Shown: positions 58,251-64,000 of the stretch, piece after piece
Numbering within the stretch: position 1 is the stretch's first letter
How the letters are laid out: every line of letters starts with the position of its first letter
Source: Vicinamibacteria bacterium
Lineage (GTDB): Bacteria > Acidobacteriota > Vicinamibacteria > Marinacidobacterales > Marinacidobacteraceae
DNA: 64,000 nt
Assembly: GCA_964291235.2 (NCBI GenBank)
Contig: OZ219816.1
Location: forward strand, 1,024,001 to 1,088,000
Direction: 5' to 3'
Translations under genes and position numbers: made by a program
Notes under the pieces: generated by a model
Databases searched by the model: none
What the model saw: only the letters and a program-made list of their open reading frames with translations
Told to the model about the DNA's origin: nothing

Positions 58251-59444
58251 TCACTGTTGCTGGTTGTCGGTGGTGGCGAGCCCGAGCACTTCCGCGAATA
58301 CCGCGGTTGCGCGCTGCATCTCCTCGAGGGTGCCGATCGAGATGCGGGCGTGTGACTTTTCGTAGGGGGGGAAATCCCGTCCCACCATGATGCCCTGCTT
58401 CGCGCAGGCCTCACGGAACTCCTTGGCCGACCGTCCGATGTCCACGAAGAGGAAGTTCGTGTGGCTCGGCACCGGATCGAGCCCGTTGCTCGAGAAGAAG
58501 TCGAAGGTGAACTGGCGCGCGGCATCGTTCCGCTTGATTTCATTCTTGATGTAGTCCGGATCCTCAAGCGACGCCATGGCGGCGGCGATCGAGAGAACGG
58601 AGGTTCCGAACGTGAGCTGCAGCGGCGCGAGTTTCGCGATGGTGTCGGCCTGGCCGTAGGCGTAGCCGACCCGCAGCCCCGCCATGCCGTAGGCCTTCGA
58701 GAAGGTGCGGCCCACGAACACGTCGCGGTACTCCATCGCGAGTTCGGCGCCGGTGTCGAAACCCGGATGCGCGACATAGTCGTAATAGGCCTCGTCAAGA
58801 AGAATCGCGGTATAGGGAGATTCCTTCTTCACGAACTTCACGAAGTCCGTGATGTCGGCCAGCGAATGGACGGTGCCGGTGGGGTTGTTCGGGTTGCAGA
58901 GAAATACGAGTCCAGCGCCGATGGAGGCGCCGGCCATTTTCTCGAGGTCGAGCCCGAGGTCCCCCATCATCGGGATGGATTTGACGGACGCACCGAAGTA
59001 CTTCGCGGTCCGCACCGGGTTCTCGTAGGAGCACTCGCCGGTGACGAGAGGCCGGTCCGGCCCGGTGTAGATGCGGACCGCGTTGCGCAGGATCTCCGAG
59101 GAACCCGGTGCGAGAACCACGTGTTCGGCTTTGCCGCCGTACATTTCGCCGATCCGCTGCCGGAGATCGGTGCCGCTCACCTGCGCGTTCATCGGGTAGC
59201 GCATGATCGAGCCGTAGGCGCCGCGAAGTCCGGCCACCGCGGCCGGACCAGGACCGAGTGGGTTTTCGTTGCTGCTGATCCGGACCTCGTCGGCCTCGGG
59301 TGGCGGCACGAAAACCGGGGCTCCCCGAAAGCCGTTCTCGGCTTCCCAGGCCTCGCGGCCCCTGGCGCTGATCGCGTGGAGCGAAGCCGCACTTCCGGCT
59401 CCGCCGGACGCGAGACTGAGGAAACTGCGACGGTTCGTCTTCAT
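58251..59444 (-). CDS. HisC-like class I/II PLP aminotransferase with Tat-like signal (paralog)
   Basis: NRRSFL; SSNENPLGP, CNPNNPTG, DEAY, RTFSKAYGMAGLRVGY. Confidence 0.9.
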   Translation of the reverse strand: MKTNRRSFLSLASGGAGSAASLHAISARGREAWEAENGFRGAPVFVPPPEADEVRISSNENPLGPGPAAVAGLRGAYGSIMRYPMNAQVSGTDLRQRIGEMYGGKAEHVVLAPGSSEILRNAVRIYTGPDRPLVTGECSYENPVRTAKYFGASVKSIPMMGDLGLDLEKMAGASIGAGLVFLCNPNNPTGTVHSLADITDFVKFVKKESPYTAILLDEAYYDYVAHPGFDTGAELAMEYRDVFVGRTFSKAYGMAGLRVGYAYGQADTIAKLAPLQLTFGTSVLSIAAAMASLEDPDYIKNEIKRNDAARQFTFDFFSSNGLDPVPSHTNFLFVDIGRSAKEFREACAKQGIMVGRDFPPYEKSHARISIGTLEEMQRATAVFAEVLGLATTDNQQQ

Positions 59445-59606
59445 AGGGTCTCTCCCTGATCGATTCTTGGCTCGGTGGTCACGAGCGTCGGGACAACGTT
59501 GGGCACGTTCCTAATTTGTCTGCCCTCTCATGATCTTGGATAGCGGAGAGTATCCGCTGCGGCGAATACGCCGCAACCCTCCCGGAGGTTCCGAGGCGGG
59601 GATCGG

Positions 59607-60122
59607 TCAGTGCACCATGAGGTCGGTGACGAGAGCAGTTTCACCCCACTGCATCTTGAGGGTGCCGTTCATGCCGTCCGCCATCAACGAGATCGTGAAC
59701 ATCTCGGCGGAGCTGCCCGCCTCTTCGATCTTGAGCGGCGCGCTGAACAGGTCCTTTCCGGGGTCGTGGGCGAGCCCCGACTGGCCGGTCTCGCTGTTGA
59801 CCAGCAGGTCCCAGCCGTCGTCCGTCTTCTTCGCGAAGAGGGTGTAGGCGCCGGCCGGCACCATCTCGCTGCCGATCATCAAATCGCCCTCGGTGGTGAT
59901 GGTGGTGGCGTTTTCGGATCCGAGACGCCACACCATTCCGGCAGTCGCCTGGCCGAGCATGTCGCGCCCATTGAGGCTCGGCCTGCCGTATTCCACGGTG
60001 ACCGCCTTGCCGTTGAAGCTGGCTTCGGCCTTGCCACGCGGGTTGTGCGCAAGCGCTATTGCCGCGACCGCCATACAAACGGCGAAAACGGCCACCAACC
60101 GGTGCTTGGGGGAGTAGGTCAT
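59607..60122 (-). CDS. DUF2911 domain exported protein
   Basis: Signal peptide; VEYGRPSLNGR, VWRLGSENAT, VPAGAYTLF, EMFTI, WG. Confidence 0.85.
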   Translation of the reverse strand: MTYSPKHRLVAVFAVCMAVAAIALAHNPRGKAEASFNGKAVTVEYGRPSLNGRDMLGQATAGMVWRLGSENATTITTEGDLMIGSEMVPAGAYTLFAKKTDDGWDLLVNSETGQSGLAHDPGKDLFSAPLKIEEAGSSAEMFTISLMADGMNGTLKMQWGETALVTDLMVH

Positions 60123-60263
60123 GAATTCGTCCTCCGGACCGGCGATTCTAGCGACCGCGTAGGGTGCGGCTCGCGTTGCGGGGCCCGGGGGGAGCGCGGT
60201 AGGCTCACTCGTGAGGGGCGCCAGGCTGGTTGGGCCTGGATTTGGACCCCCGTTGACGCTGCC

Positions 60264-62417
60264 ATGAAATCCGCTCTGTGTCTCCGACGCCGGAGAATTG
60301 CCGTCGCTGCCGCCCTCGTGCTTCTGGCGGCGCTCCCTGGGGGAGCTGACGAACGGGTGGACCGCCTGCCCGAAGAACATCGGGTCTGGCTGGAGGAAGA
60401 GGTCGTCTACATCATCACCGAGGCGGAGCGGGAGGTCTTTCTGGGGGTAGAGGGGTTCGAGGAGCGCGAACATTTCATCGACGCGTTCTGGCAGCGGAGA
60501 GATCCCGTCCCGGCCACCAGGGAGAACGAGTTCAGGATCGAGCACTACGAGCGTCTCGACTACGCCAACGCCTTCCTCGGCCGCGATGCGCCCCGGCCCG
60601 GTTGGCAAACCGACCGCGGCCGTCACTGGATCATCCTCGGCGAGCCCCGTCAGCGGGAGCAGTTCGATGGCCGCAACGAGGTGGTGAGCATCGACCTCTG
60701 GACCTACCAGGGCGACACCAAGCTCGGCTTGCCCCCGCGCTTCAACCTGATGTTCTTCAAGAAGGAGGACATCGGCGAATACGAGCTGTACCACCCGTGG
60801 GCGGACGGACCGGACGCCCTGGTTCGCCGCGGCGAACTGCTGCGGAACCGCCAGCACGCCGCGGTGGACATTCTCGAAGTGGTATCCATGGATGTGGCGC
60901 GGGCCAGCCTGGTCGTGGATCTGACCGACCCGCACGCCGACTTCCTGTCGGCAACGAACACCATCGCCCCTCGCCTTGACACCGTGCGGCCTTCGATGAG
61001 CGTGGACAAGAACTTTGCGGACATCGCCGAATCGCCCTACCGGCTGGTGGATCTCGACGAGATCGAGGGGTACCTGCGCTACGGCGATCGGGTAACCGCC
61101 GAGTACTCGTTCCGGTTCGTGAAGAGCGAGGCCGATTTTCGGGTGCTGGTGGGGCCTCGGAACACGCCCTTCATCCACTACAGCGTGAAGTTCGCTCCGG
61201 AGGACTTCGCCCTGGAGTTCGACGACCGCGAATACATGTACCGGACGACTCTCGATGTGGATCTCGAGTTGAGGACGCTCGACGGACAGCTCGTGGCCAT
61301 GCAGCGAAACGAACCCGAGATCACCCTGACCGAGAGCCAGCAACTGGAGGTATCCCGCCACCCGTTCGCCTACCGGGACAACCTTCCGGTAATTCCCGGG
61401 GACTACGAGGTGAGCGTGATCGTCCGGAACCGGGCCACGCAGCAATACACAGTGGTGAGCGCCGAGGTCCGGGTACCCGCGACCGGGCCCACCGCGGTCG
61501 GCCTCGCAGACCTGATTCTCGCCTATCGGGTGGAGCGCGGGGTCGAGTTCTCGGGCGGGCTCCCCTTCGGAACCTTCCAGTTCGGAGCGGCGGTTCTCGA
61601 GCCTTCGGTCGGAGGGGTGTTCGCGGCGAGCGACACGCTGAGCGTGGCCTCCCAGCCGGTGAATGCCGGCGCCGAGCATCAGGTGCGACTGCGCATCGTC
61701 CCCGGAGATTCTCCCGACGCGAAAACGGAGACCTCCGCTCCGCCGCTCGTCGAGCGGGTCATCTCCGCGGGCACCGCCGGTTCTCCACCGATCGAGGACT
61801 TTCCGCTCACCGAGATTGGCGCCGGACGGTACCTGGTAACGGCGGAGCTGCTGGACGGGGCGGGCACGGTGGTTGCCTCGAGGGAGGCTCCCCTCCTCGT
61901 TTCGCCCCGCGCGGCGGTGGACCGCCCGGGCTTCATCGTGCGTCGTTCCTTCGCGGGTCACGTCCCGGGACTTCTCGCCCTCGCCCTTGGCGAGCAGTTC
62001 ATGGCGCACGGACGAATTCCGGAGGCGACCATCGCTTTCCGGGAAGCCACCGCCAACCCGGCTTTGCCGATGGCGCGCTGGAAACTCGCGAGCGCGTTGC
62101 TGTTCGCCCGAGAGGCGGATGAAGCACTCGATCTGCTGCTTCCTATCGAGGCGGAGTACCCGAACGAGATCGAAGTGACCGAGGGGGTCGGGTTCGCCTA
62201 CTACATTCGGCGAGAGTGCAACGAAGCACTTCCCCGGCTCGAGCATGCCCTCAGCCTGCGCGCGGCCGATCCCTCGCTGTTGAACGCGCTCGGGGACTGC
62301 CACGAACAACAGGGCGATGGGGAGCGGGCTCGTGAGATGTTCGAGCGCTCCCTGGAGTTGAATCCCGGGCAGCAGGGCGTTCGCGACCGCCTGGCGGGGC
62401 TCGGCGACCCCCGCTGA
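60264..62417 (+). CDS. GWxTD-domain protein with C-terminal TPRs
   Basis: WLEEEVVYIIT..E, FWQRRDP, EHYERL, GWQTDRG...ILGEP; TPR tail. Confidence 0.9.
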   Translation: MKSALCLRRRRIAVAAALVLLAALPGGADERVDRLPEEHRVWLEEEVVYIITEAEREVFLGVEGFEEREHFIDAFWQRRDPVPATRENEFRIEHYERLDYANAFLGRDAPRPGWQTDRGRHWIILGEPRQREQFDGRNEVVSIDLWTYQGDTKLGLPPRFNLMFFKKEDIGEYELYHPWADGPDALVRRGELLRNRQHAAVDILEVVSMDVARASLVVDLTDPHADFLSATNTIAPRLDTVRPSMSVDKNFADIAESPYRLVDLDEIEGYLRYGDRVTAEYSFRFVKSEADFRVLVGPRNTPFIHYSVKFAPEDFALEFDDREYMYRTTLDVDLELRTLDGQLVAMQRNEPEITLTESQQLEVSRHPFAYRDNLPVIPGDYEVSVIVRNRATQQYTVVSAEVRVPATGPTAVGLADLILAYRVERGVEFSGGLPFGTFQFGAAVLEPSVGGVFAASDTLSVASQPVNAGAEHQVRLRIVPGDSPDAKTETSAPPLVERVISAGTAGSPPIEDFPLTEIGAGRYLVTAELLDGAGTVVASREAPLLVSPRAAVDRPGFIVRRSFAGHVPGLLALALGEQFMAHGRIPEATIAFREATANPALPMARWKLASALLFAREADEALDLLLPIEAEYPNEIEVTEGVGFAYYIRRECNEALPRLEHALSLRAADPSLLNALGDCHEQQGDGERAREMFERSLELNPGQQGVRDRLAGLGDPR

Positions 62418-62453
62418 ACCCGGCGCCGCCGCAGCACCCGATCGCGCGGATCC

Positions 62454-63386
62454 ATGGGTTGGGAGCCTGTCCCGCTACCCAACGGCAAGCGCTTTCAGCG
62501 CGACTACCCGCTCGCGCCGTTGACGACGCTTGGGGTCGGGGGGGCGGCTGACTGGTTTGTCGAGGCCGGTGACGAAGACGAACTGCTGGCGGCGCTCGCC
62601 GCCGCCGGAAACGCCGGAGTCCGGGTGACCGTGCTCGGTGGTGGATCCAACGTGCTGGTGTCGGACGACGGGGTCCGCGACCTGGTGATCCGGGTCCGGG
62701 GCGGTTCGGCGCGCCGGATCGGTGCGGACACGGTTCGGGCATTTTCCGGGATGAGCGTGAACGGGCTGGTCCGCTGGTCCATTCAGCGCGGGCTGGAGGG
62801 GCTGGAGACGTGGGCGGGGACCCCCGGGACGGTGGGCGGAGCCATCCACGGAAATGCCCACTTCGGCGGCCGGGAGGTGAGCGAACTGGTGACCGGCCTG
62901 CGCATCGCCGGTGTACAGGGTCGGGTGCGAACACTTCGCAGGGACGCCCTGGAACTCGGACCCGGTGGGGCCGCGCTCGGAGAGCAGGGGGGCGTCCTCC
63001 TGTCGGCCGACTTCGGAATTCGAGCGGGGGAACCGGATGAGCTGCGCCGGCGGGCCAGGGCATCCCTCGCGTTCCGCAAACGGACCCAGCCGCTCGGGGT
63101 GCCGAGCGCCGGCTGCGCCTTCCGGAACCCGGATCCCACCCGTGTCTCCCTGCCGCCGGGTGTTCCCTGTGCGGCGGGCGCGCTGCTCGACCGGGCCGGA
63201 ATGAAAGGCGTGGCGGTAGGTGGAGCCCGCGTGTCGGAGGTCCACGCGAATTTCCTGAGCGCGGACCCCGGCGCCACTGCGGCGGACGTGCACCGGTTGC
63301 TCGGGGTATGTGCGGAGGCGGTGAAGAGGGTTTTCGGGGTGACGCTGGTTCCCGAAATCGTCCTCCTGGGAGACTTCCCTTCTTGA
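62454..63386 (+). CDS. murB: UDP-N-acetylmuramate dehydrogenase
   Basis: [55 protein letters not shown]. Confidence 0.95.
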   Translation: MGWEPVPLPNGKRFQRDYPLAPLTTLGVGGAADWFVEAGDEDELLAALAAAGNAGVRVTVLGGGSNVLVSDDGVRDLVIRVRGGSARRIGADTVRAFSGMSVNGLVRWSIQRGLEGLETWAGTPGTVGGAIHGNAHFGGREVSELVTGLRIAGVQGRVRTLRRDALELGPGGAALGEQGGVLLSADFGIRAGEPDELRRRARASLAFRKRTQPLGVPSAGCAFRNPDPTRVSLPPGVPCAAGALLDRAGMKGVAVGGARVSEVHANFLSADPGATAADVHRLLGVCAEAVKRVFGVTLVPEIVLLGDFPS

Positions 63387-64000
63387 CTCGGTCCGACCTC
63401 TCACCGACGAGCCTGATCGTTGAGGGCGGTGTGCGCCTGGAGGGTCAGGTGACGGTCGAAGGAAACAAGAACGCGGCCCTGCCGCTGCTCGCCGCCTGCC
63501 TGCTCACCGATCAGTGGTGTGAACTCCGCAACATGCCCGCCATCCGGGATGTCATCACCATGGCAGAGGTGATGCAGGGCATGGGAGCCGAGGTGGAACG
63601 CACGGGAGAGGGGAGCGTCAGGGTCCGCGCTGCCGATCTCCAGAGCGAGGAGCCGGATCCTGCCGGGGTGGGGCGCCTGCGGGGGTCGGTGCTCCTCGCG
63701 GCGCCGATCCTGGCCCGCCGGGGCAGGGTCCGGATGGGGGAGCCGGGGGGCGACTTCGCCGGGCGCCGGAGCCTCGAGGTGCATCTGTCGGCCCTTCGCG
63801 CCCTCGGGGTCCGGGAGGCCGCGGGGCCGGGACACTTCCTGGAGGCTCCCGACGGCCTGCGGGCGGCCTCGATCTATCTCGAGGAGGCCTCGGTGACCGG
63901 AACGGAAACCGCGATCCTGGCGGCGGCCGGAGCGGAGGGCATCTCCGAGATCCGTCACGCGGCCTGCGAACCCCATGTCGTCGAGTTGTGCGGCTTCTTG
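63383..64000 (+). CDS. murA: UDP-N-acetylglucosamine 1-carboxyvinyltransferase, 3'-truncated by window edge
   Basis: TTG overlaps murB stop; [51 protein letters not shown]; absent from the ORF track because it has no stop in the window. Confidence 0.95.
   Translation, partial: MTRSDLSPTSLIVEGGVRLEGQVTVEGNKNAALPLLAACLLTDQWCELRNMPAIRDVITMAEVMQGMGAEVERTGEGSVRVRAADLQSEEPDPAGVGRLRGSVLLAAPILARRGRVRMGEPGGDFAGRRSLEVHLSALRALGVREAAGPGHFLEAPDGLRAASIYLEEASVTGTETAILAAAGAEGISEIRHAACEPHVVELCGFL

Noticed and set aside
59607-62417. 900-aa minus ORF and the N-terminal extension of the 935-aa plus ORF
   Set aside because: Antisense shadows; the real genes are DUF2911 (start 60122) and the GWxTD protein (start 60264).

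Overview
GC-rich bacterial chromosomal segment, plausibly Acidobacteriota (inferred from the GWxTD-domain protein and Asp-type MurA). It holds about 50 mostly housekeeping or exported-hydrolase genes (pyk, apt, ilvBNC, rpmB, murB/murA, mtgA, sppA, rfbB, CBS/CGL, two M14 peptidases) and two tRNAs (Val-CAC, Arg-CCT). The standout is a selenium locus at 52285-55377. Two tandem rhodanese genes look truncated in the ORF track, but each has an in-frame TGA at the catalytic-Cys position followed by a matching SECIS-like hairpin, so they are probably selenoproteins, one a predicted lipoprotein. They abut the selenoneine genes senA and senB; no selD/senC is in the window. Also notable: a MITE family that inserts at TA of stop codons and, once, in frame into an MscS signal peptide; a 121-bp palindromic tandem array; a MeaB-epimerase fusion; a LeuD-LeuC-order aconitase-family fusion coupled to an ETF-QO lacking one Fe-S cysteine; a two-domain antitoxin; and tandem Tat-signal aminotransferases. 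All calls come from motif recognition by eye; no database searches were run.
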